64,000 nucleotides of DNA. Source: Thermodesulfobacteriota bacterium. Its GTDB lineage: Bacteria; Desulfobacterota; Desulfarculia; JACQYL01. The stretch covers positions 3,488,001 to 3,552,000 of the forward strand of contig CAXXLZ010000002.1 in assembly GCA_963675595.2 (NCBI GenBank), given 5' to 3'. Shown piece after piece: positions 20,466 to 30,289 of this stretch; position 1 is the first letter of the stretch, and every line of letters starts with the position of its first letter. The notes beneath the pieces are model-generated. The model saw only the letters and a list, made by a program, of their open reading frames with translations, did no database searches and was not told the DNA's origin. Position numbers and translations under genes: made by a program.

Positions 20466-20811
20466 GCCGTTGGAGCTCAGCGTGGTTCTGCTGGATGATC
20501 CGGCCATTGCCGAGTTGAATGAGACCTACCTTGGGCGTAAGGGCCCTACGAACGTGCTCGCATTCTCCATGCGGGAGGGTCCCTATAGCGATGTTCAGCC
20601 CGGCCTTTTGGGAGATGTGGTGATTTCCGTGGATACCGCCCGGCGAGAGGCGGAAGAAGCCGGCGTTTCTTTTGAAGAAAGGCTTGATTTCCTGTTGATT
20701 CACGGAATCCTTCATTTGTTCGGGTATGATCATGAAGGTGATGATGATCAGGCTCGACGAATGGAAGACAAGTCGGAAGAATTGGCGGCCGTCCTTCGCT
20801 CCCTCGGCTAG
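20374..20811 (+). CDS. ybeY: rRNA maturation endoribonuclease YbeY
   Basis: [25 protein letters not shown]. Confidence 0.95.
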   Translation: MRLDNRQRRQKVNVSSLKSRIRTILSALASEPLELSVVLLDDPAIAELNETYLGRKGPTNVLAFSMREGPYSDVQPGLLGDVVISVDTARREAEEAGVSFEERLDFLLIHGILHLFGYDHEGDDDQARRMEDKSEELAAVLRSLG

Positions 20812-20873
20812 TTGTTCGTAGCCCGGAAAGGAGCTATGGTGCCCCGAATTTCCAAGAAAAGGAGACCGAACAG

Positions 20874-21470
20874 GTGAGAATCGAGCGGGCGTTGATCAGC
20901 GTAACTGACAAGACGGGTGTGGTTGAATTCGGCAGGGAACTGGCGAACATGGACGTTGAGGTCCTGTCCACCGGGGGTACGGCCAAAGCCTTGAGAGACG
21001 GCGGTGTGAAGGTGAAAGAGGTGTCGGAGTTCACCGGTTTTCCCGAGATCCTCGGCGGCAGGGTGAAGACGCTGCATCCCAAAGTGCATGGAGGGATTCT
21101 CGCCGTTCGCGAAGACCCCGACCACCAACGGGAAGTGCGCAAAACCGGTATTGTTCCCATAGACTTGGTGGCGGTAAATCTTTACGCATTTGAAAAAACC
21201 GTGGCCGCTCCGAATTGTACTCTCGAGGAGGCGGTGGAAAACATCGACATCGGTGGGCCTACGCTGTTGCGCTCTTCCGCGAAAAATTTCCGATACGTTA
21301 CCGTTGTGGTGGAACCTGAGGACTATGCTTCGGTGATCGAGGAGATGAAAGGTTCGGGAGGGGAAACCACGTTGGACACTCGGTTTCGCTTGGCTCGCAA
21401 GGTATTTGATTTGACGCAGCGATACGATGCTGCCATTGCTCGCTATTTGGCGAGCGTAAAAGGGGTCTAG
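20874..21470 (+). CDS. purH: Stand-alone IMP cyclohydrolase (PurH N-terminal domain only)
   Basis: [45 protein letters not shown]; ends YDAAIARYL at 198 aa. Confidence 0.9.
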   Translation: MRIERALISVTDKTGVVEFGRELANMDVEVLSTGGTAKALRDGGVKVKEVSEFTGFPEILGGRVKTLHPKVHGGILAVREDPDHQREVRKTGIVPIDLVAVNLYAFEKTVAAPNCTLEEAVENIDIGGPTLLRSSAKNFRYVTVVVEPEDYASVIEEMKGSGGETTLDTRFRLARKVFDLTQRYDAAIARYLASVKGV

Positions 21471-21704
21471 TGCGCGACCGCATGAGGCCACGACACGGGG
21501 ATGTCGGAGCCGCGCGCCCGGCTCCCCGGAATGTTCGGAAATGATTGCTCCAACGTCGGCGAAACGGCCGGGGTAATCGAAACAAAGCTTCAGGGACGTC
21601 GGCATTCGTGTTAAGTCGTCCCGACGTGAAACGGAATTCCGCAACCAGACACTAAGCGTTGCGGCGGGACGATTCCGTCCGGCTGTGCGGAGAGGGGAAG
21701 AAAG

Positions 21705-22982
21705 ATGAGAATACTGGTGGTCGGCGGTGGTGGTCGTGAACACGCTCTAGTGTGGAAGCTCGGTCAGCATCCGGATATTGAAGTACTGGCATGCGCGCCG
21801 GGCAATGCCGGAATCAGCGGACTGGCTTGGTGTCTGGACATCGGAGCCTCCGAAATCGAGACGCTGGCTCAATACGCGGAAAAAACCAGCGTGGACCTCA
21901 CGGTGGTGGGACCTGAAGAACCTCTCACCATGGGGATCGTTGATTTGTTTCGTGAGAGGGGTTTGACTGTTTTCGGAGCGACGAAAGCCGCGGCGGAACT
22001 TGAGGGCAGCAAGGTCTTCGCAAAAAATCTGATGAAGAAATATGGGATTCCCACGGCGGATTTCGAGGTTTTCGATGACCGGAAGGCGGCGGAAAGCTTT
22101 GTGAAGAAGAAGGGAGCGCCCCTCGTTGTCAAAGCGGACGGCCTTGCGGCGGGCAAAGGGGTCATCGTCTGCGATACCGAAGCGGAAGCCCTTGAAGCCC
22201 TGGACAAGATCATGACTCGGAAAGCCTTTGGTGATGCCGGAAAACGGGTTGTGATCGAAGACAAGCTGGTGGGTGAGGAGGCCAGTTTCCTGGCGTTCAC
22301 CGATGGGGAGACCGTGGTGCCCATGCCTTCCTCACAGGATCACAAGCCGATCTTCGAAGGAGATCGGGGGCCCAACACGGGAGGAATGGGAGCGTACTCA
22401 CCGGCGCCCGTGGTTTCACCGGAATTGGAGGCCCGGATCATGGAAGAAGTCATGATTCCCACAGTGCGGGCCATGGCGCAGGAAGGCCGTCCTTATGAGG
22501 GCGTCCTGTATGCGGGATTGATGATCCGGGACGGACGGTTTCAGGTGCTCGAATTCAACGCTAGATTCGGTGATCCCGAAGCCCAGCCCCTGCTGATGCG
22601 GTTGGAAACCGATTTGGTGGACATTATGACGGCGGTGAACGATCATCGCTTGAAGGATTTGGATATTCAGTGGAATCCGTCCCCTTCGGTGTGCGTGGTC
22701 ATGGCTTCCGGAGGATATCCTGGAAAATACGATAAAGGAAAGGTGATTTCCGGCCTGGAAGGCGTGTCCCGCATGAAAGACGTCATGGTCTTTCACGCCG
22801 GCACGGAGTTCGACGAGTTCGGGCGGTATATGACCTCCGGCGGCAGAGTCCTTGGAGTGACCAGCCGTGGCGAAAGCGTTTCCGCGGCCCTTGATACTTG
22901 TTACCGTGCGGTGAATCAAATTTCCTGGGATGAATGTTACTTTCGGCGAGATATCGCCCAAAAGGCTCTAACCGACCGCTGA
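21705..22982 (+). CDS. purD: Phosphoribosylamine-glycine ligase
   Basis: GGGGREHAL, LEGSK, KADGLAAGKGV, GPNTGGMGAYSP, EFNARFGDPE, GGRVL. Confidence 0.97.
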   Translation: MRILVVGGGGREHALVWKLGQHPDIEVLACAPGNAGISGLAWCLDIGASEIETLAQYAEKTSVDLTVVGPEEPLTMGIVDLFRERGLTVFGATKAAAELEGSKVFAKNLMKKYGIPTADFEVFDDRKAAESFVKKKGAPLVVKADGLAAGKGVIVCDTEAEALEALDKIMTRKAFGDAGKRVVIEDKLVGEEASFLAFTDGETVVPMPSSQDHKPIFEGDRGPNTGGMGAYSPAPVVSPELEARIMEEVMIPTVRAMAQEGRPYEGVLYAGLMIRDGRFQVLEFNARFGDPEAQPLLMRLETDLVDIMTAVNDHRLKDLDIQWNPSPSVCVVMASGGYPGKYDKGKVISGLEGVSRMKDVMVFHAGTEFDEFGRYMTSGGRVLGVTSRGESVSAALDTCYRAVNQISWDECYFRRDIAQKALTDR

Positions 22983-22997
22983 GATGCGCGATGAGCT

Positions 22998-23084
22998 GCG
23001 TTGCGCTCCGTCCCTTGTCATGATGACGTACTTCATGTACGCTGTGTTCCTCGGGAATTCGCGCTTTGCACGTCGTCGTTTTTC
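22998..23084. repeat. Dispersed ~87-nt intergenic repeat, family A, copy 1
   Basis: Aligns with 38400-38485 (GCGTTGCGCT...GTCA...GACG...TGTTCCTCGGG...TTGCA...TTTTC). Confidence 0.65.
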
Positions 23085-23283
23085 ATCGGTTGCTCCGGAG
23101 AGTCGTTAGACAGGTAGGGCAGGCTTCAATCTCCGGTTTTTATCCGTGTCGACGGTCGATCGCTCGAATCGTCTTCCCGTGGGTCCGGCAAGACGGGTGT
23201 GCAGACACCTTTGCATCGGAACTCCAGGCGGCCGGCTCCTTTGTCCGGGGACGGCGGCCGTGCCGGAATGTTGGCTGAGATGC

Positions 23284-23312
23284 CGGGGGGAGCTTTTTTG
23301 GGGCTCCCCCCG
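23284..23312. repeat. GC-rich hairpin, REP-like family B
   Basis: CGGGGGGAGC...GCTCCCCCCG; similar hairpins at 38544-38582, 43671-43702 and 44524-44555. Confidence 0.5.
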
Positions 23313-23375
23313 AAAAGTTACTGAAGACTCCGCAATTCGGGACCCGGCGTTCAGGGTAATAAGAGAGATATTTTC

Positions 23376-23864
23376 ATGGAATCAAAAGAATCCCCGCGTG
23401 TGGGTATCATCATGGGGAGCGCCTCGGATCGGCAAGTCATGGCGAAAGCCGAGGCTTTTCTGAATGAGTTGGGCATCGCCAATGAGTTTTTGACGGCATC
23501 CGCCCATCGGACACCGGAGCGTGTCAAAGATTATGCACAAACCGCAAGGCACCGAGGCATTCAGGTAATCATCGCGGGAGCGGGTTGGGCGGCGCATTTG
23601 GCGGGAGTCATCGCCGCTTGGACCGATTTGCCCGTAGTCGCCGTGCCCATCGGCAGTTCGGTCTTCAACGGATTGGACTCGCTTCTGTCGTCGGTCATGA
23701 TGCCTTCAGGTATTCCCGTGGCGGTCATGGCCGTGGACGGTGCGAAAAACGCGGCGATCTTCGCCGCTCAAATACTGAGTCTCCACGATCCGATAATCCT
23801 GGAAAGACTGGTGGAATTCCGCAGACGTCAGTCTCAGGAGGCTTCGGTGCAGGTTCCAAGTTGA
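23376..23864 (+). CDS. purE: N5-CAIR mutase / AIR carboxylase PurE
   Basis: IMGSASD, SAHRTP, AGAGWAAHLAG, GLDSLLS.VMMPSGIPVA. Confidence 0.96.
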   Translation: MESKESPRVGIIMGSASDRQVMAKAEAFLNELGIANEFLTASAHRTPERVKDYAQTARHRGIQVIIAGAGWAAHLAGVIAAWTDLPVVAVPIGSSVFNGLDSLLSSVMMPSGIPVAVMAVDGAKNAAIFAAQILSLHDPIILERLVEFRRRQSQEASVQVPS

Positions 23865-24526
23865 TACGTTTCCGGGTAGATCCGCAACAACCGGATCCCG
23901 AAGCGCTTTCCACCGCCGTGGAGGTGCTCGGGCAAGGCGGGATTGTGGCCTATCCCACGGAAAGCGTTTACGGTCTCGGCGCATGCGGCACCAATGAGTC
24001 GGCCTGCCGACGGATTTTCGAGGCCAAGGGCCGGGACTCCGGGAAACCTCTTCCTCTTCTCATTCCCGATCCGACTTGGCTTTCCGCATGGTGTGAGACG
24101 AATCCCACGGCTCTGAAGATCGCCCGGGTTTATTGGCCCGGTGGACTCACCATGGTGTTGAAGGCTAAGGCTCACGTTCCGAGGCATGTGCTTTCCGACC
24201 AGGGGAAGGTCGGTCTTCGAGTTCCGAGTCATCCCACGGCCGCAGCCTTGGTCCGCCTTCTGAACGCTCCGCTCACCGCAACAAGCGCCAATCGTTCCGG
24301 GCAACCAGGGATTGAAGATGGAGAACAAGTGTTTCGGGAATTGGGGGAAAGGGTGGATTTGTTGTTGGACGGCGGGGTGACGTCCGGCCGGACTCCCTCC
24401 ACCGTATTGGACGTGTCCGAGAACCTCCCTCGAGTGTTGCGCGCGGGTCCGCTTGCTTTGGAAGACTTGATGTCCGTGCTCGAACACGAGGATGCCCGTC
24501 GCGAGGAAGCGCCATGTCTTCCTTGA
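23861..24526 (+). CDS. tsaC: L-threonylcarbamoyladenylate synthase (YrdC/Sua5)
   Basis: PTESVYGL, KGR, WPGGLT, TSANRSG, PSTVLD. TTG start overlaps the purE stop. Confidence 0.92.
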   Translation: MIRFRVDPQQPDPEALSTAVEVLGQGGIVAYPTESVYGLGACGTNESACRRIFEAKGRDSGKPLPLLIPDPTWLSAWCETNPTALKIARVYWPGGLTMVLKAKAHVPRHVLSDQGKVGLRVPSHPTAAALVRLLNAPLTATSANRSGQPGIEDGEQVFRELGERVDLLLDGGVTSGRTPSTVLDVSENLPRVLRAGPLALEDLMSVLEHEDARREEAPCLP

Positions 24527-25266
24527 AGCCCAATTCTCGAGGTGTTGTTCCCGGCGGCGACAAAAAGAACTTCGTCCATTCCAAATTTCAGGGAATTTCG
24601 GGAAACTATGATCTCACCAATACGGTCTTGAGCGGGGGAGTGGACCGATGGTGGCGCCTTAAAACGGTTCGGAAGTTTCGGTGGGATCAACCGGGGTTGA
24701 TTCTGGACCTGTGCGCCGGAACGCTCCCCTTGAGCTTCGCTCTAACAAGGCGTTCGAGACATCGGGTGGTGGCTCTTGATCTGTCCATGAACATGCTCAG
24801 GCAAGGTCGGCGAGGAATTGGAGATTCGGAAGGGACCGGGATTCGGGGATTGGTTTGTGGGGAAGGGGAGCGGCTGCCCTTTGCCGACCAATGCTTCGAC
24901 GGGGTCATGGTGGGGTTCGGAGTTCGCAATCTGGCCGACCTTGAGTCGGGGCTCGCCGAGGTTTTCCGGGTGCTCAAACCGGGCGGAAGGTTCGTGATCC
25001 TCGAATTCTCCAGGCCCGGGGTTCCGATCTTCGGCCGAATCTATCTTTCCTATCTGCGCCGCTTGCTGCCCCGCATCGCGGACCGGATTACCGGCGATCG
25101 GGAGGCCTATGAGTATCTCGCCAGGTCCATCGAGGAGTTTCACGATCGCGAGCAGGTGGTCGAGCTGTTGCGGAAAGAGGGGTTTGGGCGAGTTCGTTTC
25201 GAGGCGGTGACACTGGGTGTGGTGACTTTGTACGTTGCGGAAAAATCCCGCGTTGTCGGGAACTAG
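24514..25266 (+). CDS. menG: Demethylmenaquinone methyltransferase (UbiE/MenG)
   Basis: YDLTN.VLS.G....WR, LDLCAGT, LPF, GFGVRN, RVLKPGG, LEFS, AYEYL..SI. Confidence 0.9.
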   Translation: MSSLKPNSRGVVPGGDKKNFVHSKFQGISGNYDLTNTVLSGGVDRWWRLKTVRKFRWDQPGLILDLCAGTLPLSFALTRRSRHRVVALDLSMNMLRQGRRGIGDSEGTGIRGLVCGEGERLPFADQCFDGVMVGFGVRNLADLESGLAEVFRVLKPGGRFVILEFSRPGVPIFGRIYLSYLRRLLPRIADRITGDREAYEYLARSIEEFHDREQVVELLRKEGFGRVRFEAVTLGVVTLYVAEKSRVVGN

Positions 25267-25315
25267 CAAAACACGGCTCTTTCGAAGCCGGTGACGGAAA
25301 ACGGGTGGTGGGGTC

Positions 25316-26773
25316 ATGCCGTACAGGGATTTGAGAGAGTTTGTGTCGGCTTTGGAAGAGGAAGGAGAGCTCCTTCGCATTCGGGAGCCGGTCAGCCCGG
25401 TACTCGAAATCGCCGAGATCACGGACCGAGTCTCCAAACAAGGCGGACCCGCCCTGCTGTTCGAGAATGTGGTGGGCTCCGAATTTCCCGTACTGATCAA
25501 CGCCTTGGGGTCGTTCAAACGAATGTGCCTGGCCCTGGAGCGGGACAGCCTGGACGAACTGGCCGCGGAACTCGAAACCTTCATGGACATGCAGAAGCCC
25601 GAGTCCCTGCTGGACAAACTCAAGATGCTTCCCAAACTCAAGAGGGTCGGAGACGCGTTCCCCAAAACCGTTCAGAAGGCGCCCTGCCAGGAAGTGGTGC
25701 GCATGGATCCGGACCTGACCGAGTTGCCGGTGCTCAAGTGCTGGCCCAAGGACGGCGGACCATTCATTACTCTGCCCTTGGTATTCACCCGGCATCCCCA
25801 AACGCGCCAACCCAATATGGGTATGTATCGTCTGCAGGTCTACGACGGGAATACGACGGGCATGCACTGGCATACCCACAAGGGAGGCGCCCAGCATTAC
25901 CGAACGGCGGAAGCCATGGGACGGCCTCTGCCCGTGGCCGTGGCCGTGGGTACCGAACCGGTGACCACTTATGTGGCCACTGCGCCTTTACCCGACGATA
26001 TGGACGAGTTGCTTCTCGCCGGAGTGATCCGAAGAAAATTCGTGGAAACGGTTCGCTGCAAAACGGTGGATCTGACCGTGCCGGCTCATGCCGAGTTCGT
26101 GCTGGAAGGCTACGTGGAACCCGGAGAACGCAGGCTGGAAGGACCCTTCGGAGATCACACCGGGTTCTACTCCCTGGCGGATATGTATCCCGTTTTTCAT
26201 GTTACCTGTATGACGCGCAAGAAGAATCCCATTTATTCGACCACCATTGTGGGGCGGCCTCCCATGGAAGACTGTTACATGGCCAAGACCACCGAAAGGA
26301 TCTTCCTGCCGATCTTGAAGAAGACCCTTCCGGAAGTCGTGGACATCAATCTCCCCATGGAAGGCGTTTTTCACAACTTGGTGTTCGTGGCCATCGACAA
26401 GCGATATCCCGGTCACGCTCAGAAGATCATGCACGCTTTTTGGGGATTGGGGCAGATGATGTTCGCCAAGATCATCGTGGTGTTCGACCGATGGGTGGAC
26501 GTACAGAATCTTTCGCAAGCCCTGTGGGTCATGTGCAACAATGTGGATCCCGGAAGCGATGTGTGCTTTGTCAAGGGACCTTTGGACGCGCTGGATCATT
26601 CGTCCCCTTTGCCTCACCTGGGCGGCAAAATGGGCTTGGACGCAACGCGCAAGTGGCCTGAAGAGGGGCACTCCAGGGCTTGGCCCGACGCCATCGAAAT
26701 GGATGAAGCCACCAAGACCAGGGTGGATGAAATATGGGAACGACTGGGAATTGCGGGCGGAAACTCATCCTGA
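25316..26773 (+). CDS. ubiD: UbiD-family menaquinone biosynthesis decarboxylase (MqnL-like)
   Basis: GGPALLFEN, WPKDGGPFIT, NMGMYRLQ, EGPFGDHTGFY, GRPPMED, GGKMGLDAT. Confidence 0.93.
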   Translation: MPYRDLREFVSALEEEGELLRIREPVSPVLEIAEITDRVSKQGGPALLFENVVGSEFPVLINALGSFKRMCLALERDSLDELAAELETFMDMQKPESLLDKLKMLPKLKRVGDAFPKTVQKAPCQEVVRMDPDLTELPVLKCWPKDGGPFITLPLVFTRHPQTRQPNMGMYRLQVYDGNTTGMHWHTHKGGAQHYRTAEAMGRPLPVAVAVGTEPVTTYVATAPLPDDMDELLLAGVIRRKFVETVRCKTVDLTVPAHAEFVLEGYVEPGERRLEGPFGDHTGFYSLADMYPVFHVTCMTRKKNPIYSTTIVGRPPMEDCYMAKTTERIFLPILKKTLPEVVDINLPMEGVFHNLVFVAIDKRYPGHAQKIMHAFWGLGQMMFAKIIVVFDRWVDVQNLSQALWVMCNNVDPGSDVCFVKGPLDALDHSSPLPHLGGKMGLDATRKWPEEGHSRAWPDAIEMDEATKTRVDEIWERLGIAGGNSS

Positions 26774-26810
26774 TGCGGACGACATCCATTGAGGGAGTGA
26801 GGGTCGGTTC

Positions 26811-27662
26811 ATGAAGCGAAGGATCGCCGTGATCCTTGAGATGATCAAGTTTGAACACACCCTGTTCGCCCTTCCCCTGGCTTTTGCCGGCGCACTGGCG
26901 GCTCGTGAAACGTTCCCCGATCTGAAAACCTGGTTCCTGGTGCTTTTGGCCATGGTGGGGGCCCGCAGCGCGGCCATGGCCTTCAATCGATTGGTGGACG
27001 CAAGGTTCGACGCTCGCAATCCCAGGACAAAAGACAGGGCCATTCCCCTCGGACTCGTTTCCTCTCGAAGCGTTCTCGTGTTCATCGCGGTTTCCTGCGT
27101 GCTTTTCTTCTCAGCGGCGGCGCTGCTCAATCCGTTGTGCCTCTTGCTCTCCCCTTTGGCTTTGTGCCTGATCCTTGCCTATTCGTTCACCAAACGATTT
27201 ACCGCGTTGTGCCACCTTTTCTTGGGGCTCTGCCTGAGCGTTGCTCCGGTGGGGGGCTGGTTGGCGGTTACGGGCGAATGGACTCCCGCGGCCCTCAGCT
27301 TGGCGCCGGGCGTGATGTTGTGGGTGGCGGGCTTCGATGTGCTTTATGCCTGTTTGGACATGGAGTTTGACCGGGCCGCGGGATTGCATTCCATTCCCGC
27401 ATTTCTCGGAAGAGAGAAAGGACTCTTCCTGGCGAGGCTGCTGCATGGGTCGGCGTGGGCATGTTTTGTGGCGGCCGGTCGATTTCTGAATATGGGCCTG
27501 CCCTACTACTTAGGAGTGGCGGCGGTGGGTGGGCTGCTCATCTATGAACACTCCCTGGTTCGCCCCAAGGATCTCCGCAGGCTGGACAAAGCATTCTTCA
27601 CGGTGAACAGCTGGGTGAGCGTGACCCTGTTTCTTGGAGTGCTGGCCGATCGTTTGTTCTAA
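26811..27662 (+). CDS. ubiA: UbiA-family polyprenyltransferase (MqnP-like)
   Basis: KFEHTLFALP, ARSAAMAFNRLVD...NPRT..R, YSFTKRF, AGFDVLYACLD. Confidence 0.92.
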   Translation: MKRRIAVILEMIKFEHTLFALPLAFAGALAARETFPDLKTWFLVLLAMVGARSAAMAFNRLVDARFDARNPRTKDRAIPLGLVSSRSVLVFIAVSCVLFFSAAALLNPLCLLLSPLALCLILAYSFTKRFTALCHLFLGLCLSVAPVGGWLAVTGEWTPAALSLAPGVMLWVAGFDVLYACLDMEFDRAAGLHSIPAFLGREKGLFLARLLHGSAWACFVAAGRFLNMGLPYYLGVAAVGGLLIYEHSLVRPKDLRRLDKAFFTVNSWVSVTLFLGVLADRLF

Positions 27663-27825
27663 CGTGAACAGGACGTTGTTATCCGCCTGGCCATTGGAAA
27701 AGGCCGTTTGCCATCGGCCCGGGAAAGGGGTGACACGCGAGGCGCTCGAATCCCGACGGATGAGATGCACCTTAGGAGATCGGGTTTTTCACCGGTTAAG
27801 GACGAGTTCCGAAGAGGGGTTCGGG

Positions 27826-28794
27826 TCACAGTTTTTCCAGGGCTTCCAAAGCCGCCTCGCGAATTTCAGCGTTTGTCTCTCCTTGCAGAATTCCCCGGAT
27901 TCGAGGGGCGAGGTCTTGGGCGTGAAGTTCTCCGAGAAGATAGAGGATGTCGCCTTTAACCGTTTCCGACGCATTTTCATAGCGGTCCCATAAAGGTTCG
28001 GCGACTTCGCTCGCAAGCGCCGGATTCTTTTCCACCAGTTCCTCAAGAACCGACATGGCGCCGAGTCGTACCGTGAAGGTCTCGTGGACCAGCACTTCCG
28101 GAAAAGCCTGAAGAATCCGATTCCTCTCCAACATGCCCGAGGATAGGGAGGCCGCGTCTCCACGAACGATCATATCTTCCAGCGAAGAGGCGGGTAGATG
28201 GGACCAGTCCCGCGTGACGATCATTTCCACCAGTTGGTCCGGTTCCACGGCTCCCGTCCATCGCATGGACGAGTTCATCAACAAAGTGGGCACGGACCGA
28301 ATGTTCGAAGATTCCGCCGCTTCGGGAAAAAGCGATGCATCGGTGATGGTTAGTCGTAGGAATTCGCACCCGTGCACCAAGGGAAGAATGCCCCGGACCA
28401 TGGTCGGGCAGTAGCGGCACCCCGGCGCGATGAACAGGCTCAGTTCAACAGGCAGGGCAATGGAATCGAGTTTGTCCTTGAGGCGTGCGGGCGGCTTGGG
28501 CGCGGTATCCGGCAACAACGAGTCGAGAAAGATTTCGAGTCCCGGCCCCACGGGCACGGCGTGGTACCGTATCCGTGAACCGACTTCCAGGAACGGCAGG
28601 GCGGAATGCGGATCGGTTTCCGTTCGGATCCGCACTCTTTCGGCCAATTCACCGAGTCGGCGGGCAAAGGAGAGCAGTTGATCACTCCTGCCATCCTCGG
28701 TGATCCCGACCGCCAAGGGGATCGTAGTCGAGGAGGCCTCCCCGAATTTTCGAATTCGCTCTTCGTCGGACGGCGCCATACGGTTTGATTCCAC
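27826..28794 (-). CDS. Thioredoxin/AhpF-NTD-like protein with HEAT-repeat C-terminus
   Basis: FIAPGCRYCP...IRSVP; C-terminal helical repeats (VRLGAM, ILYLLGEL, IREAALEAL). Confidence 0.75.
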   Translation of the reverse strand: MESNRMAPSDEERIRKFGEASSTTIPLAVGITEDGRSDQLLSFARRLGELAERVRIRTETDPHSALPFLEVGSRIRYHAVPVGPGLEIFLDSLLPDTAPKPPARLKDKLDSIALPVELSLFIAPGCRYCPTMVRGILPLVHGCEFLRLTITDASLFPEAAESSNIRSVPTLLMNSSMRWTGAVEPDQLVEMIVTRDWSHLPASSLEDMIVRGDAASLSSGMLERNRILQAFPEVLVHETFTVRLGAMSVLEELVEKNPALASEVAEPLWDRYENASETVKGDILYLLGELHAQDLAPRIRGILQGETNAEIREAALEALEKL

Positions 28795-29020
28795 TGGTCA
28801 ATGGTTCGAGGCAGGGCGTCTCGTCCGGCATCACGGATGGAGACAATTCCGGATAATGCAGAAGCGGGTAGTGTAATTCAAGGGAAATTCTTCTTGAACC
28901 GGAAAGGACGGGAGAATTGCCTGCGAATCCTGGGCCGACCGACTGTTTCCCCGGTCCTTCAGGCGGTTCCGGAGTCCACCCCAAGGACCGACGGGGAAGC
29001 TGTTCGGAAAGCAATACAAC

Positions 29021-30238
29021 TCAGGTGAGAAATATTTTGCCCGTGTTCTTGAGGGTATGATCGTCGCGCATGTATCCGGCGCGACTTCCGTTGCGTTTGA
29101 TGGCTTCGAAGCCTTCGGCATCGAATGGATCCACTTCGACGGGAGCCGCTTGATCCGGGCTCGTTTCCCTGCACAGTTCGATGTGGCGCTCAAGCTTGGC
29201 AATGGAAAAGGAAATGAGTTCCTTCAGGAACCCGAAAGCATGGCGCATCTGATGAAAACCGTACTTCTTGAGCAAAGCAAAGCCCGCCACGCCGTCCGCT
29301 TCCGCTTTGGGACCGGGATGTTCTTCGCTGGTGGTGCAGGCTGTCTGGATCGAAGGAATGTCCAAGCGGGCATTCACCTTCTCCATCAGAAGGTTGGCCA
29401 CCTGGTGGGAGAAAAGGCCCAAGTCCACGGCGTAATTTTTCTGGATGTTGGCAATGGAGGGGAGGCCGGCGTGCACGACCGTAATCCCGGGACGAATGAG
29501 TTGGGCGAGAGTGATGCCGAACAGACCCTCGGCGTGGGTCAGAGTGAGAAGGCCCGACATGCTGTAGGGGGCCGATAATCCGGCCATGGGCATGGTGGAT
29601 ACATAAATGGGGATGCCGCTCGACACGCAGGTGAAGAAAGGATCCACCATGCTTTCGATCAGATTCAGCGGGCTGTTGATGATGGAAAATTGAACCGTAA
29701 GATTTCCACGGGAATTACAGATTTCCCGAGCCCGAGCGATTCCTTCGTCCGTCAACGCGGCCACGTAGATGGGCTTACTGCAGTGCTCGGTGATCACGTC
29801 CATCACTTTGACTTCCTGCTTCTTGATCAGCACCCCGCGAGCCATGAAGGCCGTCTCGTCCGATTCCTGGACTACCCTCGCTATGTGCTTAAGGTGATCC
29901 AACGTGGGTTCCACGAGGTCGCCGGTGTCATCGTCGTGCACAAAGGGCGCGGTGCCTCCCACGCCGAAGGAATTTTCGGGGATCCAGTACTGATCCCTTT
30001 TGGGCGCCGTACCCAGGGCCTGTTCAACGAGGGGAGACAAGATGTGGAGATGTTGGGTGGTCTCGTCGTAGGCGGCAAGGCCGGTCTCCTCGAACAAGGT
30101 GCGGACTTTGGGGGAAGTGCACTTCACGCCCACTTCCTCGAGGACCTGGAGAGCCTCGGCGTGAATTCTCTCGAGGTACGCCTCGTCCACCAGTTCGGGT
30201 GAACTTTCCATTTTTCGTGCGGTGTTGGGCGCGTTCAT
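29021..30238 (-). CDS. Trimethylamine methyltransferase (MttB/MtgB) family protein, short, no pyrrolysine
   Basis: RIH..AL.VLEEVGV, AL.TAP, INSPL, MPMAGLSAP.S..G.L....AE.L.GI...QL..PG, HTL near the end. AAGGAG RBS before ATG 30238. Confidence 0.8.
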   Translation of the reverse strand: MNAPNTARKMESSPELVDEAYLERIHAEALQVLEEVGVKCTSPKVRTLFEETGLAAYDETTQHLHILSPLVEQALGTAPKRDQYWIPENSFGVGGTAPFVHDDDTGDLVEPTLDHLKHIARVVQESDETAFMARGVLIKKQEVKVMDVITEHCSKPIYVAALTDEGIARAREICNSRGNLTVQFSIINSPLNLIESMVDPFFTCVSSGIPIYVSTMPMAGLSAPYSMSGLLTLTHAEGLFGITLAQLIRPGITVVHAGLPSIANIQKNYAVDLGLFSHQVANLLMEKVNARLDIPSIQTACTTSEEHPGPKAEADGVAGFALLKKYGFHQMRHAFGFLKELISFSIAKLERHIELCRETSPDQAAPVEVDPFDAEGFEAIKRNGSRAGYMRDDHTLKNTGKIFLT

Positions 30239-30289
30239 CGGTCTCTCCTTATGCTGCAAAGGGTTGCTTCCGGGTGGATTAAAGAAGAG

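Noticed and set aside
21471-21704. ZTP or purine riboswitch between purH and purD
   Set aside because: I could not find the conserved pfl/ZTP or purine riboswitch motifs by eye; an Rfam scan would be decisive.
25291-26661. 456-aa alternate-frame ORF over ubiD
   Set aside because: Arg/Gly-rich off-frame artefact with no motifs.
29021-30238. Pyrrolysine or stop readthrough in the MttB homolog
   Set aside because: No in-frame TAG. The sequence after the TGA (VVLLSEQLPRRS...) does not resemble an MttB C-terminus.
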